Source of the DNA: a virus
Taxonomy: Duplodnaviria; Caudoviricetes
Length of the DNA: 64,000 nt
IMG/VR virus record: IMGVR_UViG_3300037400_003271
Span: 8,853 to 72,852 of that record
Direction: 5' to 3' (one strand)
In this document: positions 11,001-20,222 of the stretch, one piece after another
How the letters are laid out: each line of letters begins with the position of its first letter
Position numbering within the stretch: the stretch's first letter is position 1
Made by a program: the position numbers and the translations under genes
The notes under the pieces: model-generated
What the model saw: the letters and a program-made list of their open reading frames with translations, nothing else
What the model was told of the DNA's origin: nothing
Databases searched by the model: none

Positions 11001-14000
11001 GAGCGCATGATCTCCGGGCTTAACGCCGTGGATGCGCCGGGCGCCGAGTATTACTTCGCCGGCCGCCAGTCCGGTAACGGGCCGCGCTGGTTTGTCGGTG
11101 GGCACGGAGCAAATGACGACTACGCCGAGTTCGTAAACGGCGTGTTGACAATCAAGGCGAACGTGGTATTTAAGCCCGGCCAGCAGATCCCCGGCCTCGA
11201 GGACTACGAGTACCTCAAGACCGCGCTCCCGCTTGACGAGGACGCAACACTCGTGAGCGGCGGCCTCATCCTCTCCAAGACCATAGCCCTCACTGACGCG
11301 CAGGGCAACATAAAGGCCGGCATCAACGGCCTCGCGACCCTTGGCGACATCGCCGCCTGGTATGGCGGCCCGATGGTCGACCACGAGGCTATCCCGGCCG
11401 CATCCGCTTTCGCGAAGTCGCTCTTCCGTTTCGACGGCTCGGGCTACCTCGCCGGAGGCAACATCCACTGGGGCTCCGACGGCTACGGCGGCATCCCGGG
11501 CGTCACCTGGAGCCGCGAGGACGGGCAGGACGTCGTAACCATCGGTGGTAACGTGAAGCTCGCGTCCGTGTCCGGCGACACCGTCACCGACCTGCTTACC
11601 GCGATCCAGCAGCTCCCGACGACATACGTCGACTTCGTGTCGAACCAGACCATCACGGGCGTGAAGACATTCACGAACGGCATCAAGATCGGCGACGCGA
11701 CCCTCACCTGGGTCCCCGGCGCCGCCGGCGCTCCTGGGCACCTGCACATCGACCAGGCGCTCGTCACCGAAGGCGACCAGATCGTGATAGCTGGCGAGCC
11801 GGGTGGCGGTGGCGGTGGCGGCGTGAGTTGGCTCTCGGAGCTGATGGACGTGAAGAAGAACCTTGCGCCGAGCGTGAATGACATCCTCGTATGGCGTAGC
11901 AACGTGTCCCGCAACGACGGGACGACGGCGCCGGGCTGGACGAACATGACGAAGTCCACTTTCCTCTCCGGCTATGCGACGCAGACGTGGGTGACGGGGC
12001 AGATCAACGACATCCTTTCATCGGTTCTCAAGTTCCAGGGCACGACGACGACGGCCATCGCGGACGGCTCAACGACGAACCCCATCACGATCGACGGGGC
12101 GAGCTACACGGCGCAGAAGGGCGACGTGGTGCTATACGATGGCAAGGAATACCTCTGGCAAGGAAGCTCATGGGAGCAGCTTGGCGACGAGTCCTCGTGG
12201 GCGTTGAAGACCACGAAGATTCAGGCGGGGACGGGCTTGACGGGCGGCGGCACCCTCGCGGCGAACCGCACCATCTCGCTCTCCTCTGCGAGCATCGCTT
12301 CCCTTGCGCTTGCGGACACGGCATACCAGAAGCCTTCCTCCGGCATCCCGGCCACGGACCTCGCAAGCGCCGTGCAGACGAATATCACAAACGGAGCGAC
12401 GGCATACAGCTACTTCACGAACGGCGTGGCGAACTCTGCCGCGCGTCTCTCCGGCAATACGGCCTACTCTGTCTGGGGCGTGGAGTTCTGGGCCAACGGC
12501 GTGCCGAAGTCGGCCACCGCACGGCCGAACCTCTATGTCGGCAACACGAAGGTGGCCACATCCGCGCAGACCGCGATGAGCATCGGCGGATTGGGTACTC
12601 TTACTCTCGCTAACGGAAGTGGGATTAGATTCGCGGACAACCCCGCCGAGGGCGCGACCGCGCAGAACCTCACCGCGCTCCAGTTCGCCACGACCAACAA
12701 ACTTCTTATAGGCTTTGATACTTCCACCGCTGGCGCAGAGACCATCCTCTACGGCAACGAGATAACCCTGCGCTACGGCACGGGGCATACGAATGGAATG
12801 ATTATCAACTCGACCGCCATCACCGCATATCGGGACATCATTCCGAGTTCAAGCGGATCGAGGAATCTCGGCTCATCCACGGCCCTCTGGAAGTACGCAT
12901 ACGCGCAGCGGCTCTACCTGACGAGTTCCATCTACATCGAATATGTGGACAACTCCGGCAACGGCTATGTGCATATCAACGCCCCGCTGGTGACGGACGG
13001 CGACCAGATCGTCGTGAGCGGCACCCCCGGTGGTGGCTCGGGCGGCGTGAACTGGCTCTATGAGCTCCAGGATGTCGACCCGACCCTCTCCTCGCCTACA
13101 GGCGGGATGGTCCTGCAATACGACGCGACCTCTCACTTGTGGAAAGGTGCCGCATCTGACACCATCGGCATCACCACGGCGGGCACCGTCGCGGAACTGA
13201 ACGCCGCGACCCCGACCACCGAGAAGCGCGTGTGGTCTCCTTCCGTGCTGGCCTCGTGGCTCGCTGGGAAGAACTACATCACCGGCGCCGACGCGGTGTC
13301 CAACGTCGCGGTCGGAGGAACCGGCCATACCAACGAGCTGGCCATCACGAAGAACGGCTCCACCTCCTACATCACCGTCCCCTATGCCAACACCGTCAAG
13401 CGGTTCAAGCGTTATGCCGGTACAGACGAGGTTGGCGGCTACGACCTCAATACCCTCCTCTCCGGCGGCGGCATCACGAGCCAGTACAACGGTTCGAGCC
13501 GATGGGCCAACCGCCCGGATTCGATGTCTTTCGGTGGCGTTCTCCAGATCAATCCGAATACTAACAACAACCTCTCTATGCAGCTCGCCTGGGATGTTGT
13601 AGACAACCGGACGCAGGAAATCTATAAGACCGGCAAGATGTGGTGGCGTGACTACAACGCCATCACGGGCTGGGGTTCCTGGCACATCATCTACGACAAC
13701 ACCACCCTCCTGCTCAACGGCGCGGAGGGCACGGATACACCGTTGACATTCTTCGCCCCCACGGGCGCCGGTAACGCTGGACAGGTCCTTCTATCCGGCG
13801 GCGCCGGTGTCGCTCCGGCGTGGTCGTCCGCCGCGCTCGGCGCGGCCAATAAGCCCGTATACATAAACGCATCTGGAGTATTGACCGAGGGAAGCACCTG
13901 CGTCACCCTCGCCGGGGCGCAGACCATCACCGGCGCGAAGACGCACTCCGCGAACATCACGCTCAACAATGCCGTCGGCCTCTACTGCGAGGACACCAAC

Positions 14001-14756
14001 GACGCTTCCGTCGAGGCCGTCAGTATGTCTACCTCGAACACCCTGCGTTTTGGCTACGGCAACCGCCTTGCCGGCACTACCGGCCTCTTCGGAAAGACGT
14101 TCCGGATCGGTACGACCGACACCGCAGCCGGGCCGGACATATATATCGGCGGATTGAGCAGCACGCACAACACAGATGCTGCGAACATCTACTTCCACTC
14201 GACCCTCGCATCGGGCGCTGTCCGTAACGGCGTGAAGGTGGCTGCGGAGCACGTAGCGAGCGCCGACCGGCTCAACCTCTCCGTCTATACATCGAACAAC
14301 GCAACCTCGCCTTACGCTCCATCCTGGAACAAGACGCTGGAGGTGACATACGACGGCAAGGTGAACATCGGAGCGCCGTCCTTCTCGGACGGGGCGCTGA
14401 ACGTGAACGGCGCCATCGTGTCGGCGGGCGACCAGGTCATCGCCTCCGACGAGCGCATCAAGCGCAACTTCAAGCCGATCGAGCTCTCCGTCGAGCAGAT
14501 CGCCTCCTGCCGGGCCGTGTCCTTCGACTGGGCGTCGGGCGGCCACTCCTTTGGCAGCGTTGCGCAGGATTGGGAGCCCATGGTCCCCGAGGCGGTCAAG
14601 CAGGGTGACATCAAGACGCTCGCCTACGGGCAGCTCGCCCTCGTCGCGGCCATCAACATCGCCAAGCACGAGACGGAGCAGGACGAGGAAATCCGCAGGC
14701 TCCGCGAGCGCGTGGCCGACTTGGAGAAAGAAGTGAAACGATTAAGAACGAACTGA
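8082..14756 (+). CDS. large tail protein (hub/fibre fusion) with C-terminal peptidase S74-like intramolecular chaperone
   Basis: 2224 aa; Gly/Thr/Ser-rich fibre half; C-terminal SDERIKRNFKPI...VSFDW...GSVAQDWE...LAYGQL plus coiled coil. Confidence 0.85.
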   Translation: MIPAITEVNFPSYATLHQATVSLQDMGDRVITTQVRIDGDIVPDFSGWELRFKGERFVLPSDNPQASKDNTTRNSIVDLQFQSWAIQELKRYYFFEAASVSAGVAIADKYIAPVRLNVEDFVALLNQVLQYYFGGKIVADLYLSGTGIYSQEPKAIDINYSYLWDVIGKIFEIYGVRNRIEYDASSDVYTIKINYPAPEISDHDFEYGYQGGLLKFERQVQDESLSNILLGRGGTKNLPYRYFKKVDPQNQEWAADPDAIPELASIYFDRLHDINFRWYVRGWMHNPNRDTSGDEAWDPGHVFPTYEISSDSPHYWAYQKGLTDETFSPVEYVKDDDSIAAYGEHWGALDDNDDVYPTIQGRSRSGIGRIDEVVAVSPIITDDIDAMSEAASIEKSIDSLVVSVYANNRTQFEIESKQFTIPAGSVGNITYTPLSNETVFPNFVKYDTENTRLVAVPISGGAEIPATGIPAGTYRLKLYLVLSVESPASVATGDFGIENIVLTMTAQDENAWKPTFDIWVKDIWGTSRQQGETDEQYSERVWGPILGDRAGNEAKVAFSTGFMASSSDYEFVIASYPVPDTSKSIGGVQSAWRITLRKSDAEFDATGLYIPNATTGGKPVAGDKFFFTGIDMPHAYVEMGEEELSTVKSGELQGTATVNPTWIISLDKVRVNTLEAGEFGQTLADRLAAGAKLRVTDPRFSGGDVLILHAQSITYTWNEPTDDSPYIVPDIEVVLSDKVVSRESRQDKIESSVEQIKAQYARLDAVESVVRMVAEPLFLKKTGESDSSASPTQFSSKVSSKGFRQGGVGGSGWGFYKDNTDELAEGEIGDGDTVLEVDRMVVRKGLQVNSLVVNQVEYRGGMEVISAAKIEISKVIETNTRYICYFDQRKNSIANNFQVGDIAYGQVFTPQNATLRYYKCKVEAVDIDRVELSKTVKDGSGVPQAGDIIVQYGSYTDAARQYVIVRDVIGGGYERMISGLNAVDAPGAEYYFAGRQSGNGPRWFVGGHGANDDYAEFVNGVLTIKANVVFKPGQQIPGLEDYEYLKTALPLDEDATLVSGGLILSKTIALTDAQGNIKAGINGLATLGDIAAWYGGPMVDHEAIPAASAFAKSLFRFDGSGYLAGGNIHWGSDGYGGIPGVTWSREDGQDVVTIGGNVKLASVSGDTVTDLLTAIQQLPTTYVDFVSNQTITGVKTFTNGIKIGDATLTWVPGAAGAPGHLHIDQALVTEGDQIVIAGEPGGGGGGGVSWLSELMDVKKNLAPSVNDILVWRSNVSRNDGTTAPGWTNMTKSTFLSGYATQTWVTGQINDILSSVLKFQGTTTTAIADGSTTNPITIDGASYTAQKGDVVLYDGKEYLWQGSSWEQLGDESSWALKTTKIQAGTGLTGGGTLAANRTISLSSASIASLALADTAYQKPSSGIPATDLASAVQTNITNGATAYSYFTNGVANSAARLSGNTAYSVWGVEFWANGVPKSATARPNLYVGNTKVATSAQTAMSIGGLGTLTLANGSGIRFADNPAEGATAQNLTALQFATTNKLLIGFDTSTAGAETILYGNEITLRYGTGHTNGMIINSTAITAYRDIIPSSSGSRNLGSSTALWKYAYAQRLYLTSSIYIEYVDNSGNGYVHINAPLVTDGDQIVVSGTPGGGSGGVNWLYELQDVDPTLSSPTGGMVLQYDATSHLWKGAASDTIGITTAGTVAELNAATPTTEKRVWSPSVLASWLAGKNYITGADAVSNVAVGGTGHTNELAITKNGSTSYITVPYANTVKRFKRYAGTDEVGGYDLNTLLSGGGITSQYNGSSRWANRPDSMSFGGVLQINPNTNNNLSMQLAWDVVDNRTQEIYKTGKMWWRDYNAITGWGSWHIIYDNTTLLLNGAEGTDTPLTFFAPTGAGNAGQVLLSGGAGVAPAWSSAALGAANKPVYINASGVLTEGSTCVTLAGAQTITGAKTHSANITLNNAVGLYCEDTNDASVEAVSMSTSNTLRFGYGNRLAGTTGLFGKTFRIGTTDTAAGPDIYIGGLSSTHNTDAANIYFHSTLASGAVRNGVKVAAEHVASADRLNLSVYTSNNATSPYAPSWNKTLEVTYDGKVNIGAPSFSDGALNVNGAIVSAGDQVIASDERIKRNFKPIELSVEQIASCRAVSFDWASGGHSFGSVAQDWEPMVPEAVKQGDIKTLAYGQLALVAAINIAKHETEQDEEIRRLRERVADLEKEVKRLRTN

Positions 14757-14757
14757 T

Positions 14758-15936
14758 ATGGGGTTCAACGGAGATATACTTACATGGCCATTCACAAAGA
14801 TAGCCGCGAATGGAAACGGGGACTTGCAACGCGCTTTGCGTACTTCAGTGAAGAGTGAAATACAGCTGGTCGCGGACGTAGACAGGAACGGAGATCCTGC
14901 GGACAGAATCAACATCTGGGCGAAAGGAAAACCGTTCCGCGACCAGACGAATGTCTTTGCGTCCGACGCAGCTCGCAATTCAGCAAGGCAACTTGCGAAT
15001 TTTGGGTTGAGCATCCCGGATATGGGTTACAGTTCACTCAACAGCATGATTGCCAATCTGCAAGGAGCTGCGTGGACTTACCTCAAACCGCGTATCGGGA
15101 CAGATCCGCTTCGGCCCCTCGATTTCGATGGGTATGCTCCGTATGCTACCGCGCCAATCTCTCCGCTCCAAGCGACGATCGAAGTAGATTCCGCCGAAGG
15201 TACAATAAACGCCGGAGTCGGTTACTCTCGGAATATGCCGTCGCAGGCGGGCTTCCTTACACTCGACGATTTGCGTATTGATGGTCACAGCATAAACGAT
15301 TCGTTTGGGGAGTATTACTTTGGCGTTTGCCTGTACTACTCCGACACGATAAGGTATGCTTCCACGATGGCCGACAAGTACAAGACGATTCAGGCGGCGT
15401 TGGATGAGATTGGTTTGTCCGTGCGTGGGGTTTCCGTACCCGGCACAGGAACCAGGACATACAGAGCGATTCCTTTCTTTGCAACCGTCCCGTTTGACAC
15501 GATGCCGTCTAACTATCAGGGATCACTCTATGCTCTGCCGTTTGCAGAGTGCGCGGTTTCCGTCACGAGAACGCAGGGTATATCTATCACGATGCTCATG
15601 TACACGCTACTCGGCTCTGATACCATCTACTACCAGTACAAGTACAATAACCCGACACGCGCGGAATCTTCTGGGGAAGTCACTCTCTGGGCGTTACAAT
15701 CCTACAATATCAACGATTTCTATGGCAGCGCACTTTTGAGGGAAACTCGAACTGTCCCAGCTCAATCCGACTACACTTCTCCCATCTATTCGATCACGGA
15801 TGGAATCACTGCCAGAGACATCTTGGCACACTGCTCTTTTGCCGGCGCTGAACTCAAACAAGGAACAATGCGGGTCGCGCAATCGGTCACAAGTATCATC
15901 ATCGACGCCGATCCTACTGACCCGCCAACTATTTAA
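14758..15936 (+). CDS. tail-fibre-associated hypothetical protein
   Basis: 392 aa immediately after fibre gene; N-terminal INIWAKGKP motif. Confidence 0.6.
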   Translation: MGFNGDILTWPFTKIAANGNGDLQRALRTSVKSEIQLVADVDRNGDPADRINIWAKGKPFRDQTNVFASDAARNSARQLANFGLSIPDMGYSSLNSMIANLQGAAWTYLKPRIGTDPLRPLDFDGYAPYATAPISPLQATIEVDSAEGTINAGVGYSRNMPSQAGFLTLDDLRIDGHSINDSFGEYYFGVCLYYSDTIRYASTMADKYKTIQAALDEIGLSVRGVSVPGTGTRTYRAIPFFATVPFDTMPSNYQGSLYALPFAECAVSVTRTQGISITMLMYTLLGSDTIYYQYKYNNPTRAESSGEVTLWALQSYNINDFYGSALLRETRTVPAQSDYTSPIYSITDGITARDILAHCSFAGAELKQGTMRVAQSVTSIIIDADPTDPPTI

Positions 15937-15947
15937 CAACCAATATT

Positions 15948-16157
15948 ATGACAGAACAGAACAAAAAAAACCTGAAGGACGGCATCGTCAAGATTGCCCT
16001 CATCATCTACGCGCTCCTCACGATCATCACGTGCGCGGGCGTCTGGAACTACTGCCCGGAGGACACCGTAAAGGTGCTCGCCGGTGTGCTTTTCGCCTGC
16101 AACGGACTCGTCGTCGTCAGGCTCTGGAAGAAATCCGAGGACAAACCCTCGGCGTAA
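15948..16157 (+). CDS. small two-TM membrane protein (holin candidate)
   Basis: 69 aa, two hydrophobic helices, basic C-terminus, upstream of endolysin. Confidence 0.55.
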   Translation: MTEQNKKNLKDGIVKIALIIYALLTIITCAGVWNYCPEDTVKVLAGVLFACNGLVVVRLWKKSEDKPSA

Positions 16158-16254
16158 TGCTCCTTTGTTTGCCGGGGAGGGGCGACCCTCCCCTCTGCAA
16201 ACGGGAGAAATCACAAAGTCAAACAACAACAATCAAACAAACAAAGGAACAACC

Positions 16255-16710
16255 ATGAACAAAGAAAACATCATCAACCTCGTCAACGCCGGTGTGCCCG
16301 GCATCACGAACCTCACCCTCTCCGGCAAGCACGCCTACAAGGTGCTGAAATTCCGCCGCGCCATCCTCGCCGTCCACGGCCAGATCTGCGACGAGTTCTC
16401 CGCCATCTTCAAGGAGGCGGGCATCGAAGACCCGCAGGCGTTCGACAAGGAGCGCAACGAGCTCCGTACCATCTCCAGCCGCACCGCCGAGCAGGAGGCT
16501 CGCCTGGCAGAGCTCGACAAGACCTTCGTCCGCTACAAGGAGCTCGAAGAAGAGATGCTGAAGGAGGAGGTGAAGCTCGACTGCGTGCCTATGCCCTACG
16601 AGGACTTCCACGCGCTCCAGAAGGAGAACGAGAAGACCTGCCCGGCCCTCGCGCACGGCTACATCGAGGACGTCCTGGAAGGCGTGCTCTGGACGGCGCC
16701 GGAAGAATAG
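16255..16710 (+). CDS. hypothetical protein (possible fibre assembly protein)
   Basis: MNKENIINL start after A-rich leader; helical. Confidence 0.65.
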   Translation: MNKENIINLVNAGVPGITNLTLSGKHAYKVLKFRRAILAVHGQICDEFSAIFKEAGIEDPQAFDKERNELRTISSRTAEQEARLAELDKTFVRYKELEEEMLKEEVKLDCVPMPYEDFHALQKENEKTCPALAHGYIEDVLEGVLWTAPEE

Positions 16711-16713
16711 TTG

Positions 16714-16740
16714 AAAAAGGGCGCCCGCCAACGGGCGCCT
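16714..16740. terminator. GC-rich hairpin with upstream A-tract
   Basis: AAAAAG-GGCGCCCG-CCAA-CGGGCGCC-T. Confidence 0.55.
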
Positions 16741-16757
16741 ATATATATCAAAAAGAA

Positions 16758-16919
16758 ATGAAAGGGTTCATATTGACTTATTCATATATTGGTGATATGG
16801 GGGAACCGATCCACCACAAGGAGGAGTACCCCACGCGAATCTCTGCCATCATCAACTGTTGGTTCGCCAAACATGATCGCCGCAAGACTTTTGTAACACT
16901 CAGAGAAAATAAAAAGTAG
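16758..16919 (+). CDS. small hypothetical protein (53 aa, below ORF-track cut-off)
   Basis: MKGFILTYSY...TLRENKK fills the gap before the endolysin. Confidence 0.5.
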   Translation: MKGFILTYSYIGDMGEPIHHKEEYPTRISAIINCWFAKHDRRKTFVTLRENKK

Positions 16920-16923
16920 CCTT

Positions 16924-17364
16924 ATGGGAAAGTACAAGTATTTTGAACTGTACGAGTTCTTGCGATCCGAGAAAGCGAAAAAGAACGGTATAGACAACAC
17001 TCCAACCTTCGAAATCGTGGAACGGATCTGCCAGCTCGTCTCGTCCATCCTCGATCCGTTGCGCGCCGCGTGGGGGTCTGGAATCAACATCAACTCCGGT
17101 TTCCGCTGCGAGGCCCTCAACAAACTCGTTGGCGGTTCCACTACTTCGGTCCATAAGCTCGGATGGGCTGCGGACCTTACCCCGGCAAACGGAAAGTTCG
17201 ACGAGTTCGTCAAGTTCGTCGGGGACTGGCTCAAGAAGAACAGAATCAAGTTCGACCAACTCATCATCGAGTCCGATAGTAAGGGTAATCGCTGGCTCCA
17301 TATCGGACTTTACAACAACGCCGGCCAGCAGAGGTGTGAGGTCAAAACGATGAACGTGAAATGA
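16924..17364 (+). CDS. endolysin, peptidase M15A-type zinc peptidase
   Basis: SGFRC-x-LN-LVGG-xx-SVH-xx-GWAAD and WLHIG motifs. Confidence 0.85.
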   Translation: MGKYKYFELYEFLRSEKAKKNGIDNTPTFEIVERICQLVSSILDPLRAAWGSGININSGFRCEALNKLVGGSTTSVHKLGWAADLTPANGKFDEFVKFVGDWLKKNRIKFDQLIIESDSKGNRWLHIGLYNNAGQQRCEVKTMNVK

Positions 17365-17972
17365 AATTCGATAGGATTCTTGACGACATTTTGCTTGTCG
17401 TCTGTGTGATTGTCGTCGCCTACTTTTCGTGGGAAATAAGCGGCAACATACACTATTCATCGGGGTATGATGATGCGCTCGCGTCCATCAAGCCCGACAC
17501 GGAGTATGTAGACAAGCCGATCTACATCGACAAGCCCGTCCCGGTCATCGAGTATCGCGATACGGGCAGGGTGGTGTATGTGCCGGTCATCATCAAGGAC
17601 AGCACCGGCCACACGGACACGACCGCAGTGCCGATGCACCCGGATGTGAAGCAATACGAAGACTCCACCTATCGGGCGCAAGTATCTGGTATCAATCCGA
17701 ATCTCGATTGGATAGAGGTCTACCAGCGCACATTCTACATCACGAAGGTCGTGCCGGAGTACAAGTACCCAACCTTCGCACTATCTCCTACCATAGACGC
17801 ATTTGTCTTCCCTGGCCATTTCTCGTTCGGAGGAGGTCTGGAGATAGACTATTGGAAGGGCCGGTGGCAGTTCTCGGCTGAGGGAGGATACGGCGTATTC
17901 TATGACTTCAAGCGCGCAATCGCTGGTCCGTACGGCCAGATAGGCGCAAAGTATAACCTTATCAGAAAATAG
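17361..17972 (+). CDS. membrane-anchored lysis-cassette protein (spanin-like candidate)
   Basis: N-terminal TM, overlaps endolysin stop, C-terminal beta-strand pattern (GPYGQIGAKYNL). Confidence 0.5.
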   Translation: MKFDRILDDILLVVCVIVVAYFSWEISGNIHYSSGYDDALASIKPDTEYVDKPIYIDKPVPVIEYRDTGRVVYVPVIIKDSTGHTDTTAVPMHPDVKQYEDSTYRAQVSGINPNLDWIEVYQRTFYITKVVPEYKYPTFALSPTIDAFVFPGHFSFGGGLEIDYWKGRWQFSAEGGYGVFYDFKRAIAGPYGQIGAKYNLIRK

Positions 17973-17978
17973 TAGGCT

Positions 17979-18158
17979 ATGACAAGATCAAAAGTGAAAG
18001 TATCGACGAAGCCCGGCCGGTCCGGACAGCTTCTCGCAAAGGCGCCAGTGCTGGTTAAGACAACGTCAAACGCGGCCGGATCCCCGATCCACAGCTCGCG
18101 GGCCCATATCGGTGTTCATATCAGGACGACGCACGATGGGAAGCCGCGGCCTAAATGA
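17979..18158 (+). CDS. small basic hypothetical protein (59 aa)
   Basis: MTRSKVKVSTK...GKPRPK fills the intergenic gap. Confidence 0.45.
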   Translation: MTRSKVKVSTKPGRSGQLLAKAPVLVKTTSNAAGSPIHSSRAHIGVHIRTTHDGKPRPK

Positions 18159-18531
18159 CGTGGCGGAGTACATTCGTACGCTGAAACGGGTGACAATTTT
18201 CACACAATTGCTCCCGTTTCTTTATTCGCTATGCTACATCGCGGTTCTTCTGGCATATCAGTTCGTTCCAGAGTGGGCGGTGGACCTTCTTGATTCGCTA
18301 TTCTACATATCTCCAGCGTTTATGGCTGGCGCCGTAATCCTTTCCAGACTGCTGCACCTCTGCAGATGGCATCAGCTGGCATGCGTGATACCTGCAATAT
18401 CTCAGATCCCGGTGCTGTTCGACAGGTTTTTTTCGTCGATGGATCAGGGTGCGGCAATGATTTCGAATATTTCGGTTGCGCTTATGGCCGCACTCTTTAT
18501 CATTTCCGCGTATAAAGTGTTCTTAAGATAA
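18136..18531 (+). CDS. multi-TM membrane protein
   Basis: four hydrophobic segments; start uncertain. Confidence 0.6.
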   Translation: MGSRGLNDVAEYIRTLKRVTIFTQLLPFLYSLCYIAVLLAYQFVPEWAVDLLDSLFYISPAFMAGAVILSRLLHLCRWHQLACVIPAISQIPVLFDRFFSSMDQGAAMISNISVALMAALFIISAYKVFLR

Positions 18532-18815
18532 TGGATGTAAAGAAATATCTGATCGAGATACTTGACTACTACAAATACAAGGTCGAGAATGACCTGTGCA
18601 ACCTTGAAGAGATGAATTCGGTTATCCGCTCGCTGGAAGAGAACGCGAAAGTGACCGGGACGATCTCCGACTTTGCGAGATTCTTCAATGTTCCGGAGAC
18701 GACGGTCAGGACAAACATCTTCCGGAAGATGTTCTCGAAGCCGAAGCGAAAGGTGCTGTACTCGTTCAGCGAGTTTCTGAAGATTGTTCCAGCGAGGTGG
18801 CGAAATAACAAGTAG
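18531..18815 (+). CDS. hypothetical protein with C-terminal HTH-like segment
   Basis: ISDFARFFNVPETTVRTNI pattern; start overlaps upstream stop. Confidence 0.6.
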   Translation: MDVKKYLIEILDYYKYKVENDLCNLEEMNSVIRSLEENAKVTGTISDFARFFNVPETTVRTNIFRKMFSKPKRKVLYSFSEFLKIVPARWRNNK

Positions 18816-18921
18816 TTGCCGGAAGTAAAGAACACTTTTCCTCCACATAGTTTTTCTGCCGAACTTTGTCGTAAAGATGTGGCCCATCTACGACAAAGTT
18901 TAACTTTTAATTCAAACTAAA

Positions 18922-19809
18922 ATGGCAGAGTCCGATAAAACTATCATTCTTCCCGACAACCAGTCTCACGGATACGGCTATCCTATGGGCGGTTTCGGGG
19001 GCTTCGGTTCCTTTAACAGCATCGCCGACCTGTTCGGCCTTGCGATCATCGCCAGCATGTTCGGCTGGGGCGGCAACTGGGGTGGCGGCTTCGGCGGCTG
19101 GGGTGGCAACTCTGGCGCCGGTTTCCTTTCCAACCAACTCAACAACGACAGCGGCCGCGAACTGATTATGAATGCGGTCACCTCCCAGGGTGAGGCATCT
19201 CGTACGGCCATCCAGAGCCTTGCAACTATGCTCGGCCAGGACTTCAACCTCGTGAACGGCGCTGTTCAGAATGTCCAGAACGCCCTCGCTACCATCGCCG
19301 CCAATCAGGGCATGAACACCCTGCAGGTGGTGAACGCGATCCAGAATGGCAACTGTCAGCTCGCGAGCCAGTTCCAGCAGTGCTGCTGCGAGAACAAACT
19401 TCTCGTCACCGAGCAGGGCTATCAGAACCAGCTCCGCACCGTCGCGCAGACCAACGAGATCAACGGCAACATCGCCGACCTCAAGGCGACCGTTATTGAC
19501 CAGTTCTGCGGCCTCGAGAAGCGCGAGATGCAGGCCAAGATCGAGACGCAGGCAGACATTATCGGCCAGCTCCGCGGTCAGATCGACAACGCGAACCAGA
19601 CCGCGGCCATCACCGGTTACGTCAACAGCCTCGTGACCCCTCTCGCGCAGAAGGTGAACGAGATCGCAGCCAAACAGCTCCCTACGGTGCCTGTCGTGTA
19701 TCCCAACATTCAGGCCGTGAACAACACGCCGTTCATGGGAAACTACTACGGCGGTTTCAATGGCTACGGCTACGGACCCGGCTGGGGCAACGGCAGTTAC
19801 TGGGGCTAA
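18922..19809 (+). CDS. Gly-rich coiled-coil protein, first gene of a six-gene cassette
   Basis: GWGG repeats, TM-like segment, FQQCCCENK, Tyr/Gly-rich C-terminus. Confidence 0.8.
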   Translation: MAESDKTIILPDNQSHGYGYPMGGFGGFGSFNSIADLFGLAIIASMFGWGGNWGGGFGGWGGNSGAGFLSNQLNNDSGRELIMNAVTSQGEASRTAIQSLATMLGQDFNLVNGAVQNVQNALATIAANQGMNTLQVVNAIQNGNCQLASQFQQCCCENKLLVTEQGYQNQLRTVAQTNEINGNIADLKATVIDQFCGLEKREMQAKIETQADIIGQLRGQIDNANQTAAITGYVNSLVTPLAQKVNEIAAKQLPTVPVVYPNIQAVNNTPFMGNYYGGFNGYGYGPGWGNGSYWG

Positions 19810-19818
19810 TGTTTACAG

Positions 19819-19848
19819 ATAGGCGGAGCGCAACAACTCTGCCTATTT
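19819..19848 (+). terminator. hairpin/weak terminator
   Basis: ATAGGCGGAG-CGCAACAA-CTCTGCCTAT-TT. Confidence 0.45.
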
Positions 19849-19863
19849 AAAAAAGATTTCAAT

Positions 19864-20202
19864 ATGGCAAAGTGGCCTTTTCAGTATGTAAATATCAACG
19901 GAATCCCGACCATCCAGTCTCGTTCCGTTACGGTGTCCGAGACCTCGGTTGACTTCAAGTTCAACCCGGACTGGGACCGCAGACCGTTCCGTGGGCTGAT
20001 CCTCGTGTATCTCTCCGAGGAGATCCCGGACGGGACCACTACGACGCTTCCGATTCGGTTCTCGATGGGCGGCACGACGAGCAATGTTGCTCTTGCCGGC
20101 GGCGCGAACTGGACGGTGGCCGACATTCCTGGGCCCGGCGTCTACCTCCTGTACTACGACAGGTTGGCAGACACGCTCCAGCTTCTCAATACGACTATAT
20201 AA
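19864..20202 (+). CDS. hypothetical protein
   Basis: 112-aa beta-rich ORF. Confidence 0.75.
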   Translation: MAKWPFQYVNINGIPTIQSRSVTVSETSVDFKFNPDWDRRPFRGLILVYLSEEIPDGTTTTLPIRFSMGGTTSNVALAGGANWTVADIPGPGVYLLYYDRLADTLQLLNTTI

Positions 20203-20222
20203 AAACAAAAACAGTTTAACAA

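Noticed and set aside
8511-11747. 1078-aa antisense ORF and other long opposite-strand ORFs (e.g. 58046..59614, 60192..61187, 39854..41269)
   Set aside because: Shadow ORFs of GC-biased real genes; no recognisable motifs.
14758-15936. Diversity-generating retroelement target
   Set aside because: No reverse transcriptase and no TR/VR repeat pair differing at adenines seen in the window.
8082-15936. Invertible tail-fibre shufflon driven by the serine recombinase
   Set aside because: Only direct repeats are present; no inverted fibre cassettes or flanking inverted repeats were seen.
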